NCBI GenBank assembly: GCA_964587425.1
Contig: CAZPLB010000002.1
Coordinates: forward strand, 102,053 to 166,052
Direction: 5' to 3'
Source of the DNA: an uncultured Gammaproteobacteria bacterium
GTDB taxonomy: Bacteria; Patescibacteriota; Microgenomatia; UBA8517
Length of the DNA: 64,000 nucleotides
In this document: positions 29,784 through 39,830 of the stretch, in pieces
Layout of the letters: every line of letters begins with the position of its first letter
Position numbering within the stretch: the stretch's first letter is position 1
Program-made: the position numbers and the translations under genes
The notes under the pieces: generated by a model
What the model saw: only the letters and a program-made list of their open reading frames with translations
What the model was told of the DNA's origin: nothing
Databases searched by the model: none

Positions 29784-30733
29784 TATTTATTATTCATTTC
29801 TTTAAACAAATCATCGTATTTTTTTGCAATTTCATCCCAATTAAACTTTTCTGCCTGTTTTCGTGGAATATTTCCCCATTTTTTCTCCAATGCTTTATTT
29901 AATGCTTCAGCATACTTTTCTGCATTAGTTGGATCAATATATAGTCCTGCGTCCCCAATAATCTCACGTCTTATTGGATCATCTGTTGCAACAACTGGAA
30001 GGCCAGATGCCATTGCTTCAACCATCACTATTCCAAAAGACTCATAAGGTACTGTTGGATAGGAAAAAATATCGCATGCTGGATAAACCTTCGGCATATC
30101 ATCATGGGATAAAGAAATAACTTTAAATCTTCCACTAAGAACTTCATCTCCCAATCTTTGTAATTCTGATTGCAAATTTCCTTTCCCAACCAAAAGCAGT
30201 GATGCTTTAGTTTCAGAAACAGCCTTTATAAGTAAGTCCAATCTCTTCTCAGCAACCATTGCAGCGACACATAAAACTATTGGCTTTGGCAAATCAATCT
30301 TAATTGGCCTAACCTTTGCATTAAATTTTTCCAAATCAACGCCGTTTGGAATATAGACAGACTTCACAGAAGGATTCACAGCTCTTGCCCATCTCAAAGC
30401 ATAACCTGATATAGGTACGAATACATTGGGGAAAGAATATAAATTAATCCTATCGTCCAAGCCTTTCCCAGATTGCCCAGAAACCACCATCTTTCCACCG
30501 TTCAACCAAGTAATAAGTCTCACCAAAATTACCTGAGAGCGTCCATTTGTTGGAATTACAAAATCATATTTCTTTTTAAATAGATTCCAATAATTAATAT
30601 TGGAGATCACGTCAACATCGTAATTACCAGAAAGCCGTTTGGAAATCTCAGCAACATATGTTTCTGCTCCCCTATTAACTTTATCCTGATATTTATTTAA
30701 AAAAGCAATCTTCATTTTCTTTTCCATTCCCAA
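29783..30733 (-). CDS. GT4 glycosyltransferase (short)
   Basis: ESFGIVMVEAMASGLPVVAT. 316 aa. Confidence 0.7.
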   Translation of the reverse strand: MGMEKKMKIAFLNKYQDKVNRGAETYVAEISKRLSGNYDVDVISNINYWNLFKKKYDFVIPTNGRSQVILVRLITWLNGGKMVVSGQSGKGLDDRINLYSFPNVFVPISGYALRWARAVNPSVKSVYIPNGVDLEKFNAKVRPIKIDLPKPIVLCVAAMVAEKRLDLLIKAVSETKASLLLVGKGNLQSELQRLGDEVLSGRFKVISLSHDDMPKVYPACDIFSYPTVPYESFGIVMVEAMASGLPVVATDDPIRREIIGDAGLYIDPTNAEKYAEALNKALEKKWGNIPRKQAEKFNWDEIAKKYDDLFKEMNNK

Positions 30734-32100
30734 ACTCCTTTCTCAACCTCCCCTTCTTTATTATAGTTTTTATTTATCCAATCTGTAATCTGTTTCGGTT
30801 GATACACTCCAAGGTCATACCAGTTGCCATTATCAGGAGTTCTCCAGTAAATATTGCTTGGTGGATTTTTCTCAAAACTATCAACAACTTTTTCCTGCAC
30901 GCCAGGAATTTCCAAATACCATCCAAAATTATCAAGCCAGGGTTTACTTGGCTGTCTATCGGCAAATGCATATAAATTGGAATTTAAACCAAGCAAATAA
31001 ATTGTTTCATCCTTATTTGTTCTGTTTCCAATCAACTCTCCCAATTTAACATCATCTTCACCCCAAAACCTAGCTTCACCAATTTTCAAAGTTCTAAAGT
31101 TAACCAAAAAGACGAAAGCCGGAATTAAACAAATAATATACAAAAATTTGGGGTTCAGATTTCTCAAAACATAAGAATACAAGACAATCAAAAAGACAAG
31201 TGCTGGTTGGAAGTGGAAAAATGAAAATCTAGGATAAACTCCAATCAAACCTGCTCCAAACATGAAAAGTAAAAAAACAAACAGTTTATCCTTAATTATT
31301 TTCCCGTTTCTTAAAATAAGATATAACAAAGGGGTAATCAAAATCGCAAGCAAAACAAATTCTCTTTTTGAAGGAATAATCTGTACATATCCAGGAAACT
31401 TTGTCCAAAAAGCTGAAGGATAAATAATTGCCCAATTTAAGAAATCTTGTAAGGAATTTTGTTTAACTAAAACAGGCAAAAGAGGTACCAAACAAATAGC
31501 TATCCCTACAAAAAAGTTAACAAAAACTTTTCGTCTTCGCTCAGAAATAAAGAGATAGAATATACTACAAGCTATATAAAATATAGCTGTCTGTTTTGTA
31601 AGTAAAGCAAGTCCAAGAGCAATGCCTGCATACAAATATTTTTTCTTCAGAAGAAGTAAAAATGTTGAAAGTAGGAAGGGTATCAAAAACAAATCTGGCC
31701 AAACCATATTTCCCTCCAGAATTGGCTGAAGTAAGGCATAGACAAGTACTGAAACAATCGGCAAATATTTGCTGTCAGTAATTTTCTTTACTATGAAAAA
31801 AATCAAAATATCGCTAATTAAAATAGATATCCATCCAAATAACTGTAAAACAATTAACTTGTAACCAAAAAACTTAAATAAGATTGCGAGTACTGTCACC
31901 AAAAGTGGCGGATATGCATGGATAGCATCTTTATATAGAACAAAACCGTTATTAATTAAATATGGGAAACTAACCATCTCAGGCCATGCAGTAAACTGCA
32001 ATCTAGAAATTACAGAAAAATGAAGAGCTAAAATTATAAATAATAGTAAATCAATATTTTTTCTCATTATCAATCTAATTAACATTAGTTGCCCATCCAA
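30712..32100 (-). CDS. polytopic membrane protein, putative GT-C glycosyltransferase (possibly PimE/GT87-like)
   Basis: More than 10 hydrophobic helices and no soluble domain. The true start may be the internal MRKNIDL. Confidence 0.4.
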   Translation of the reverse strand: MDGQLMLIRLIMRKNIDLLLFIILALHFSVISRLQFTAWPEMVSFPYLINNGFVLYKDAIHAYPPLLVTVLAILFKFFGYKLIVLQLFGWISILISDILIFFIVKKITDSKYLPIVSVLVYALLQPILEGNMVWPDLFLIPFLLSTFLLLLKKKYLYAGIALGLALLTKQTAIFYIACSIFYLFISERRRKVFVNFFVGIAICLVPLLPVLVKQNSLQDFLNWAIIYPSAFWTKFPGYVQIIPSKREFVLLAILITPLLYLILRNGKIIKDKLFVFLLFMFGAGLIGVYPRFSFFHFQPALVFLIVLYSYVLRNLNPKFLYIICLIPAFVFLVNFRTLKIGEARFWGEDDVKLGELIGNRTNKDETIYLLGLNSNLYAFADRQPSKPWLDNFGWYLEIPGVQEKVVDSFEKNPPSNIYWRTPDNGNWYDLGVYQPKQITDWINKNYNKEGEVEKGVWEWKRK

Positions 32101-32525
32101 TCTTTGCTGTAAGGCAAAAAATACATTGGGTAATATTCCTTAAACCACGATCTCCACTCGCCAAAGAATTTACCCCAAAATTCTCTAGCTACACCCATAT
32201 TTTCATCATCCAAAAGTTTCTCCCTAGATGCCTGACAAAGAGCAACATAAAACATAGCATGGCCGACATCAAGTTTTTGCGTAACTTGTTCGTCCATCGG
32301 TCGCTGTTTCAATTGGTCCGCAATTTTATCAAACACTAGCCATACCCTTTGATAGCACCAACTCCAACAAAACCCTTCAGAAATTATGTCACCCATATCA
32401 AGATAGTCAGGAGTTACCCCAAATTGTTCATATGAAAAGAAATTATACGACTGGATCTGAAGTGTCTCATCACGCATTTTGGATCTATCGTCTCTTTCTG
32501 ACATGTTCCTAAATTTTCTTTCCAA
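32085..32525 (-). CDS. hypothetical protein
   Basis: 146-aa soluble ORF coupled to the flanking genes. No motif recognised. Confidence 0.35.
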   Translation of the reverse strand: MERKFRNMSERDDRSKMRDETLQIQSYNFFSYEQFGVTPDYLDMGDIISEGFCWSWCYQRVWLVFDKIADQLKQRPMDEQVTQKLDVGHAMFYVALCQASREKLLDDENMGVAREFWGKFFGEWRSWFKEYYPMYFLPYSKDWMGN

Positions 32526-33219
32526 TCATAGTCATACTGTCTCCCATGTTGGAACTTGTTACAAAAATATCATATGGGATGTTAATTAAATTTGTAAAAA
32601 ATCTTTTCTTCATTCCAATAAATGATTGCCTTATCTCCAACAGTGGATCATAAAACTCAAAAATTCCAGACCTACTTTCAAAGTAAACAACATCAAACCC
32701 AGATTCCTTAAATAGTTTAGACAAACTGTCCTTTGTAAACTGCGATTTATGTTCAAGTGGTAGTCTATATGGCCATCTATCTCCCAATACTTTTGATCCC
32801 CACCCTCCAGCATTAGGAACATCAATTAATATGTAACCATCTTTCTTTAAAATTCTATTTGCCTTTTTCAAAACCCCAAGAGGGTCATCCATGTGTTCAA
32901 GAGTGTGATTGGCAACAACACAATCAAAATAAATAGATGGTAATTTAGCTCTTTCAAAATATGTATTCAATATTTTATGTCTCTTAGACTTTGCCAATTC
33001 AGCAGACTCGGATGGTTCCACTCCCCAAGTCTCCCAGTTATTCTCTCTGAATATATCTAGCATCACACCAGTCGAACACCCAATTTCCAGGACCCTTCCT
33101 TCCTTTGCAAATCTTTTCATCGTAAAAAAACGCTTCATGAAAATATTCCTGAAGTGATCCTCAAATTTTTTGTAGGTATCATCCCTGTGGTACTTTTCGT
33201 AATCCATATTAATATCCAA
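32509..33219 (-). CDS. class I SAM-dependent methyltransferase
   Basis: VLEIGCSTGVMLD motif I. LIDVPN post-II region. Confidence 0.7.
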   Translation of the reverse strand: MDINMDYEKYHRDDTYKKFEDHFRNIFMKRFFTMKRFAKEGRVLEIGCSTGVMLDIFRENNWETWGVEPSESAELAKSKRHKILNTYFERAKLPSIYFDCVVANHTLEHMDDPLGVLKKANRILKKDGYILIDVPNAGGWGSKVLGDRWPYRLPLEHKSQFTKDSLSKLFKESGFDVVYFESRSGIFEFYDPLLEIRQSFIGMKKRFFTNLINIPYDIFVTSSNMGDSMTMIGKKI

Positions 33220-34042
33220 CCTTCTTTGGTAAGTATCTTCTTTTCATTTTTCTCAGAGGTGTTTCAAAGAAAGACTGCAACCAAAAACCAGAGTCCATAT
33301 TCTCCCAAACATTTGGAACAATATTTGGCCTACTCCTGAAAAAAACTTCAGGATAATAATAATTAAGCGGGAAATTAATACCAATCTCATGTTTCAACTT
33401 ATGATTTCTTTTATATACTTCATCCAAACTTGTTGACCTATTTAAAAAACTGGCGTGAAGGTATGGAGCATCGTCCAGCAATTTTATCCTTGTTTTGTCC
33501 CTATCTTGTATTAGCACCCCTCTTTCATCTGCATATCCCCAAAGTCCATGAGGATTTATAGAATTAAGCCCTGGAATTTTTCTATTAACTGCCCGTAAGT
33601 TATAATGTCCAACTTTACCCGCCAGATTATAGTTACCAGCCCTTTCTTCCTGGTAATGATAAATGTCACCAACCAAATTGATGGTAGGCACAACAAGACA
33701 ATCATATCTATCGCCAAACTTCGATACAAAACGTCTTAACTTTGATATTGATCTATCCCACCAAATTTCATCTCCATCAACAGTTAAAAACCAATCACTT
33801 TTCGTTTCATCAAGCATCTCCTGACGAACCTTATCCTCCTCAAAAACATTTCCAGTTTTGATTCTTTTGAATTTAATTTTAGGATCATGAATTGATTCTA
33901 TTATTTGTATTGTCTTGTCAGTACTCCCCGTATCCCAAACAATATATTCATCTACATAATTAATAACAGACATTATGGAATACCAAATAAATCTGTCCTC
34001 ATTTTTAACTAATGTATGTGCTGTAATTTTCATATCTATCAT
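33209..34042 (-). CDS. GT2 glycosyltransferase
   Basis: ITAHTLVKNEDRFI...VWDTGSTDKT...TVDGDEIW. Confidence 0.7.
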   Translation of the reverse strand: MIDMKITAHTLVKNEDRFIWYSIMSVINYVDEYIVWDTGSTDKTIQIIESIHDPKIKFKRIKTGNVFEEDKVRQEMLDETKSDWFLTVDGDEIWWDRSISKLRRFVSKFGDRYDCLVVPTINLVGDIYHYQEERAGNYNLAGKVGHYNLRAVNRKIPGLNSINPHGLWGYADERGVLIQDRDKTRIKLLDDAPYLHASFLNRSTSLDEVYKRNHKLKHEIGINFPLNYYYPEVFFRSRPNIVPNVWENMDSGFWLQSFFETPLRKMKRRYLPKKVGY

Positions 34043-35304
34043 TTCTTAAACTTTTTGATAGTCCAGTAAAGAGGTATTAGAAGATTAGACACGTTCCCAA
34101 TAAGAACTATTATTGCAGCTCCTGTAATCCCAATTGTATTAATTAAGAAGTGTCCGCCAATTCCAATAATAAAAAGGTGAATGATACTTATGTAAAAAAA
34201 TAATTTTGGGTATGAAAAATAATAGATAACAGCAGTATGAACTGGTATGGAAATCAAAAAGATTGCTTGAGAAATAATTAAGATGACATATGGAGTAAAA
34301 CTTCCCAAGTATGAATCACCATAGAATTTATTGATTACAAAATATCCAATAGGTAGTCCAACTAAAATCCCAAGTATTGCAAGTACTGAAACAAATAACT
34401 GTACTTTCTTAAGGTATTTAATTGCTTGCGCATTTGTTTCAAAGCCCGCAAGCTTTGGAGCAACAACAGTTGCTATAGCTCCTACAATTTGTGCAACAAT
34501 ACTAGTAAGATTTAATGCCACTGAATAAATTCCAACATCTGACAAACTCATATATTTAGTTACAAGAAATGTATCAAGGCGTGAGGAAAATGCACCAATC
34601 AATGTAAACGTGGCAATCCACCTGTTATATTTAAAAAATTCACTATAAATACTACTTATGTTTTTCGCTCCAAGAAACTTTGGAAGAAACAAAAACGAGA
34701 ACAAAAATCCAACCAGTAAGGTAATTGTAAAAGCATCAAGACCGCTTACGACAGTAAGTGTTCCTGCCAAAAATAAAATATATGCTAAAACAAGTCTCCC
34801 GGCATTCGCGAATATATTAACTGCTCCCCACACAAAAAATCTCTGAATGGCTTGCAAACTGCTCATCGCAAATGAGAAAAGCATTGTTGCAGCTGCCCCA
34901 ATGAGAGCTAGCCTCAAGGGTATCAATAGCTCAGGCTTTGTCAGTACAGAATTGGCAACATACGGAACAGTAAACCATCCAACAAGAACCACAATTGTTG
35001 CCACAATCATCTTTGTAACAAGTCCTAGCTTCAGGAATTGAAGTGCCTTATCCTTTTCATCCCTAATATACCTCCCTACAAAATTAATTATTCCAGTATC
35101 TGTTCCAATGTTTGCAATATCTGCAATAAGTCCAACAAATACAATTGCGACAGAAAAAATACCAAATGAAGAAGTGTCTAAAAACCGAGCCATTAAAGTG
35201 TAGAACGCAAAACCCAAAAGCCCGTTAATTAGAGTTGCAAAACTAACATAACTACTTTGGTAAAAAGTTTTCGTCCTTGCGATACTAAGAATTTTTTCTT
35301 TCAT
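34039..35304 (-). CDS. oligosaccharide flippase (Wzx/MOP family polysaccharide biosynthesis protein)
   Basis: 421 aa with about 12 TM helices. The N-terminal organisation is typical of Wzx. Confidence 0.65.
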   Translation of the reverse strand: MKEKILSIARTKTFYQSSYVSFATLINGLLGFAFYTLMARFLDTSSFGIFSVAIVFVGLIADIANIGTDTGIINFVGRYIRDEKDKALQFLKLGLVTKMIVATIVVLVGWFTVPYVANSVLTKPELLIPLRLALIGAAATMLFSFAMSSLQAIQRFFVWGAVNIFANAGRLVLAYILFLAGTLTVVSGLDAFTITLLVGFLFSFLFLPKFLGAKNISSIYSEFFKYNRWIATFTLIGAFSSRLDTFLVTKYMSLSDVGIYSVALNLTSIVAQIVGAIATVVAPKLAGFETNAQAIKYLKKVQLFVSVLAILGILVGLPIGYFVINKFYGDSYLGSFTPYVILIISQAIFLISIPVHTAVIYYFSYPKLFFYISIIHLFIIGIGGHFLINTIGITGAAIIVLIGNVSNLLIPLYWTIKKFKK

Positions 35305-37792
35305 GTAAATAAATTAGGGTTGCAGTTATTGAAAAAACTGAAATTAAAGAAAAATAAATACCCCATCTAACATATTCTTGACCTTTAAAGGTAATCTCGG
35401 TACCTTGCCATTTTTCACCAACATAAAATCCATTTATCGCAGAATATATAGGTACTGAGTTGGAACTGCCTGAATTATATTTTAACTTCCATAACACATT
35501 ATAATTGTCATTAAAGATAACCCATCGATATCCATCTGGAGGAGTGAACTTGTACCTATCCAAACCGCTCTCAACCTCAACTTCTTTGTATATAGCCCCT
35601 TTCTTAAAATCATTCACACTCATTATTCCAAAGTGTTTTATAAATACATCTGCTCGACTTAAACTTGCATCAAATTCTTTTTTGGGAATTAATGCAATAG
35701 TGTTCAAAACCTCAAAACCGCTTTTATTCTCTACACTATATTCAAACCCGTCCTTTAAAGCAGTCGTCATCTTTTCGTCAACAATCTGCCACTTAAAAGA
35801 AGTATTTTTATGAGCCGCATCTAAACTTCGATACGCCAAAACATAGTCTCCCACTTCAGGAACACTAAATCTAAAAGTAATTTTCTCTCCAGCTTTAGTT
35901 GAAAAAGCGATTCCCTTTTGATAATCAAAGGCATTAAAGTTAATGCCTCGCACAAGTAATTCATATTTATATTTCAAATAATCTTTGGTGTTATAAACCG
36001 CCCATTGATTGGCTTTGCTTTCATTTGGTCCCAAAAAATATTTCTGAAGAAAGCTCATCCCTAGGTCAGTCTTATCTGTTCCGTTAAATACCAATGAGAC
36101 ACTTTTTGCATCCAATCCTTCGAGATCTTCTGAATTCAGTTTTCCATCCTCAAAATAAACGCTAGGGAAAAGCGACCCAGTGCTTGGACCAATAACCGCT
36201 GCTATTTTTTGAACTGCAAAAAATCTTGGGTAAGAATTATTAACTTTGTAGATTGGAAATTTAACCCCCCAATCGATCTTTTCAAGTTTATTATTCTTCT
36301 CAATTAAATCGACAGTTTTATCCCAATCTTTTTGTTCACTCTCGGTCTTTGAAAGCTCCCTTGGGTTGCCGGATACAATAAGATACTTAATTCCAAAAAC
36401 TCTAAACCAATCGACATAACTATCATCATTAAGATAATTAAATGGATTCTCGCCGGCATTTATATTTGAAAGTGGAGAAAGTTTGACTAAATCTTTCGCA
36501 TCAAGTGATTGCTGCTCCTCAGTATGATATGCAAATGGCGGTTTTTCACTAAACCATGCTATCCTGGAAAAATGGTCGTCCTGCCTCAATACGTTTGCAA
36601 TCCCATGAAAATCACCCAAATTAATGTCTCTGCCCAAAACTCCATTTAGTCTTCCAAAAAAACCTTGCCAAACCAAAAATAAAATATAAACAAAAAATAA
36701 AAATTTGATTGCAAACGAAAATCTAGCAAATCTGCGTGCAATTTCTTCAATTGCCACTCCTATCAAAATTCCACCAATTATAATAACTGGTATAAAAAAT
36801 TTAGTTGAATCTCGAAAAACCACACCCAAGGGAGTGTTAACTAAAAGGTGGTATGCCCCACCAAGAGGCGCTGACTCACCTTTAACCAAAAACGCAAAGA
36901 TTAAAAAAACAAAAGTAATCCAGACTGTCTTTTTGTACTTTTGCAAAAACAAAGGTAGAAATATTAAAATTGGTATTAATACAAAATAAAAATAAGGTGT
37001 TGCAACTTTCCCAAATTCATTACTTGGCCAATTGGGAGAAAAAATTAGAAGTGCATTCAAAAGTGATGTCAATTGCAAAGATGAAACACTACTATCTAAA
37101 GAACCCGCTGCAAAATGAAAACTGGGTATAATCCAATACGAAGAAAGTCCCATTAAGCAAAGTGACATGATAGCCAGTATGACTAATCTTCTTTTCTTGG
37201 CAATCTTTAAGACAAATGCTAAACCAATACAAATTACAGATATTCTAAAATCAACAATTGTCAAAACAAAAGTTGATATTAAAGCAATCAAAAAATTCTT
37301 GATTGTCAAATTATCAATTAATCTAACCAAGGTAAATAAAACCAATGGAAATAATCCATAGGCAAGAGCCACTCCAACCTGTCCTCCATCAACCACAAGT
37401 AAAAAATAAGTATTAACTAGGTATATTAAGGTTGCAAAAAATTGAACCGTCGTAGAATACTTTTCATACCGAACAAAAAGTACTGTCCCCAAAAATCCAA
37501 AAATTAAAGAGGGAAAGTAGAAAAAAACTCTGATAATTACATCATTATTTATATGCAAGAAAGTCCCAAGGGCTCCATAAATAACCATCAATGGGTAAAT
37601 CCACAAAAACAAATTTACGCTACCCAAAGTATTCCCTCTTGTAATCCAGGAAACAGGAAAACTCACCAACTCCCTTAGACCATCAGGGAAAAAATAAGGA
37701 GCATCTCCCCAAACCGCAGGTCCAGGCAAAAAAAGTTTTCTGAAAAGAAATATGACAGCAAGAACAATAAGGATAAAACTAACTTTTTTCAT
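35285..37792 (-). CDS. large GT-C-like membrane glycosyltransferase (AftD/DUF3367-like N-terminus) with a large extracytoplasmic C-terminal domain
   Basis: 835 aa. N-terminal WGDAPYFFPDGLREL...SW...LGSVNLFLWIYP pattern, 12 or more TM helices, then about 450 aa of soluble domain. Confidence 0.45.
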   Translation of the reverse strand: MKKVSFILIVLAVIFLFRKLFLPGPAVWGDAPYFFPDGLRELVSFPVSWITRGNTLGSVNLFLWIYPLMVIYGALGTFLHINNDVIIRVFFYFPSLIFGFLGTVLFVRYEKYSTTVQFFATLIYLVNTYFLLVVDGGQVGVALAYGLFPLVLFTLVRLIDNLTIKNFLIALISTFVLTIVDFRISVICIGLAFVLKIAKKRRLVILAIMSLCLMGLSSYWIIPSFHFAAGSLDSSVSSLQLTSLLNALLIFSPNWPSNEFGKVATPYFYFVLIPILIFLPLFLQKYKKTVWITFVFLIFAFLVKGESAPLGGAYHLLVNTPLGVVFRDSTKFFIPVIIIGGILIGVAIEEIARRFARFSFAIKFLFFVYILFLVWQGFFGRLNGVLGRDINLGDFHGIANVLRQDDHFSRIAWFSEKPPFAYHTEEQQSLDAKDLVKLSPLSNINAGENPFNYLNDDSYVDWFRVFGIKYLIVSGNPRELSKTESEQKDWDKTVDLIEKNNKLEKIDWGVKFPIYKVNNSYPRFFAVQKIAAVIGPSTGSLFPSVYFEDGKLNSEDLEGLDAKSVSLVFNGTDKTDLGMSFLQKYFLGPNESKANQWAVYNTKDYLKYKYELLVRGINFNAFDYQKGIAFSTKAGEKITFRFSVPEVGDYVLAYRSLDAAHKNTSFKWQIVDEKMTTALKDGFEYSVENKSGFEVLNTIALIPKKEFDASLSRADVFIKHFGIMSVNDFKKGAIYKEVEVESGLDRYKFTPPDGYRWVIFNDNYNVLWKLKYNSGSSNSVPIYSAINGFYVGEKWQGTEITFKGQEYVRWGIYFSLISVFSITATLIYLHERKNS

Positions 37793-37991
37793 TTATTATT
37801 AATTTAAACAGGGTAACAGCGACAAGAAAATAAAAAATCCAATTCCCAGCCCTAATTGCAAAACCCCAATGATTTGTTGCCAAAAGAAAGCCAGTTATCA
37901 GAAAACCAGTGAATGTTATACTAATAAAAATCTTATTGGTCATGAAATCAATTATACTAAAAATACTCCTCCCCATACTAATTGTAACCAC
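37779..37991 (-). other. small hydrophobic ORF overlapping the 5' end of 35285..37792 by 14 nt: either a separate small membrane protein or a frameshifted N-terminal extension
   Basis: 70-aa hydrophobic ORF in a different frame that overlaps the big gene's start. Confidence 0.2.
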
Positions 37992-39750
37992 AGTAATTTA
38001 TCTACCAATCTTCCAAAACCAAAATATCCTGGTAAATAGAGGGAATGATCTAACAGAATTCTTTTGGCCAATTGTCTATTATGTAAGAGAAAGTATCTTC
38101 AAGTATCATCAAATACCGCTCTGGAATAATCTCTTTTTCTCTGGCACTCCACTTTTGCCCGATCCCCAATCACCAATATTTTATTTACCAAACATACTTT
38201 TTTTACTTTTCAAAAATATAGATACAGGATTCATAGTTTCTATATTCCTACATATTTACTTTGCTGCAATAGGCTTCTACTTTCTTGCAAAAAAGGGGTA
38301 TAAATTTTCACAAAGAACTTCCGTCATCCTTGCATGTCTTTACATAGTTCAACCAAAACTTGCAGGTTATATTGAAGCAGGACATTTTGGACTTATCACT
38401 TCCTGGACTTGGCTTCCTCTAACCTATCTTTCAGCTATTTTACTTGCAAAAAAACCAAATATAAAAAGGGCTTTGTTTTTAGCCATTTCACTATCAGCTC
38501 TCTTCTATACTCACATACTAGTATTTGGAATAGCAACAATTTCAGTTATCATTTTACAGATCTTCTTAAGAAGTAAATTAAAGTTTTCCCTCCTCGCCTT
38601 CATATTCCTATTTCTTTTCATAACCCCAACATTATTTCCACAAATTGCATGGCAAAAAGATACAACAAGATCTCTATTGCTAATTAGTCCTGATGTATAT
38701 CCCAAATGGTTAGGGATAAAAGATTTCTTGAGATCAACACTATTTTTGAATTTGGAAACTGAAAAAACCATAGCCCTAGGTTTTTTCACCTCAATACTTG
38801 CAGTAATTGGCTTTTTCAAACTTAAGCCTAAGCACAGATTAGTCACTGCGATATTAATAGTCTCAATCATAATCATCTCAATGAACAACTCTTCTCCAAT
38901 TTATGAAATTTTAATAAAACAAAATTGGTACATCCTTCTTCGTGTTTCCACACGGTTCTGGTTCATGATAATCTTTATTGTCCTTTACCTTGCAGGCCTT
39001 GCTCTTGAAAAACTGAATAAAAAACTAATAATTAAACTTATAGCTACTCTTGCTTTTGTTGAGCTATTACTCTCTTCTTGGACTTTAATAAAAAAACCAA
39101 TAAAGCCAAACGAACTTCTCGCACCAAAAGAGGTGTACGAATTTTTAAGCAGTGATAAAGATCGTTTTCGAGTCTTTTGCTTAAATAGATGTCTCTCTCA
39201 AAAAGAGGCAGCCATATATAACTTGGAGTTAGCAGATGGATATGGAACTTTACAACAGAAAAACTACTATGACTACTCACAACAATTATCTCAAAACTAC
39301 TATCGAGATAGATACACACTCTCCATCCCTCCATTTGAAATTTTTCTATATGAAAAACTTCAACCTTATTCACCAGCCCTCGCTGCCTATAGAATAAAAT
39401 ATATAATTTCTGACCACAAACTCAAAGACAAAAATCTTATACCCGTAAAAACAATAGACACACTAATAATTTATAAAAATGAATTATTCAAAAATCCAAA
39501 CTATATAACATATACCCCAAATTTTATTAAGGTGAGAGTTACATCACAAAATTCGAATAAACTTATAATTCCAGAGGTATACAACAAAAATTGGGTTGCA
39601 TATCTTAATGGCATTACAAAAGTCGAAGTAAAAGAAACAGCGGAAAAAACCAGATATGTTGATATCAATGAAGATACAGAATTTGTAGACTTTAAATATG
39701 TACCTTGGAAGTTTCCAGAAGCGATTTTTTCATTTAACCAACTGTACTAA
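37909..39750 (+). CDS. YfhO-family membrane protein (GT-C-like)
   Basis: DLTEFFWPIVYYVRESIFKYHQIPLWNNLFFSGTPLLPDPQSPIFYLPNILFLLF matches the YfhO N-terminal signature. 613 aa. Confidence 0.5.
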   Translation: MNVILIKILLVMKSIILKILLPILIVTTVIYLPIFQNQNILVNRGNDLTEFFWPIVYYVRESIFKYHQIPLWNNLFFSGTPLLPDPQSPIFYLPNILFLLFKNIDTGFIVSIFLHIYFAAIGFYFLAKKGYKFSQRTSVILACLYIVQPKLAGYIEAGHFGLITSWTWLPLTYLSAILLAKKPNIKRALFLAISLSALFYTHILVFGIATISVIILQIFLRSKLKFSLLAFIFLFLFITPTLFPQIAWQKDTTRSLLLISPDVYPKWLGIKDFLRSTLFLNLETEKTIALGFFTSILAVIGFFKLKPKHRLVTAILIVSIIIISMNNSSPIYEILIKQNWYILLRVSTRFWFMIIFIVLYLAGLALEKLNKKLIIKLIATLAFVELLLSSWTLIKKPIKPNELLAPKEVYEFLSSDKDRFRVFCLNRCLSQKEAAIYNLELADGYGTLQQKNYYDYSQQLSQNYYRDRYTLSIPPFEIFLYEKLQPYSPALAAYRIKYIISDHKLKDKNLIPVKTIDTLIIYKNELFKNPNYITYTPNFIKVRVTSQNSNKLIIPEVYNKNWVAYLNGITKVEVKETAEKTRYVDINEDTEFVDFKYVPWKFPEAIFSFNQLY

Positions 39751-39830
39751 AACACCAGCAATTAAAAAAAACAATGAATAGTCAGCAAAAACGGGAGAAA
39801 AAATAGAAAAACTAAAAGTGATAAATGCAA

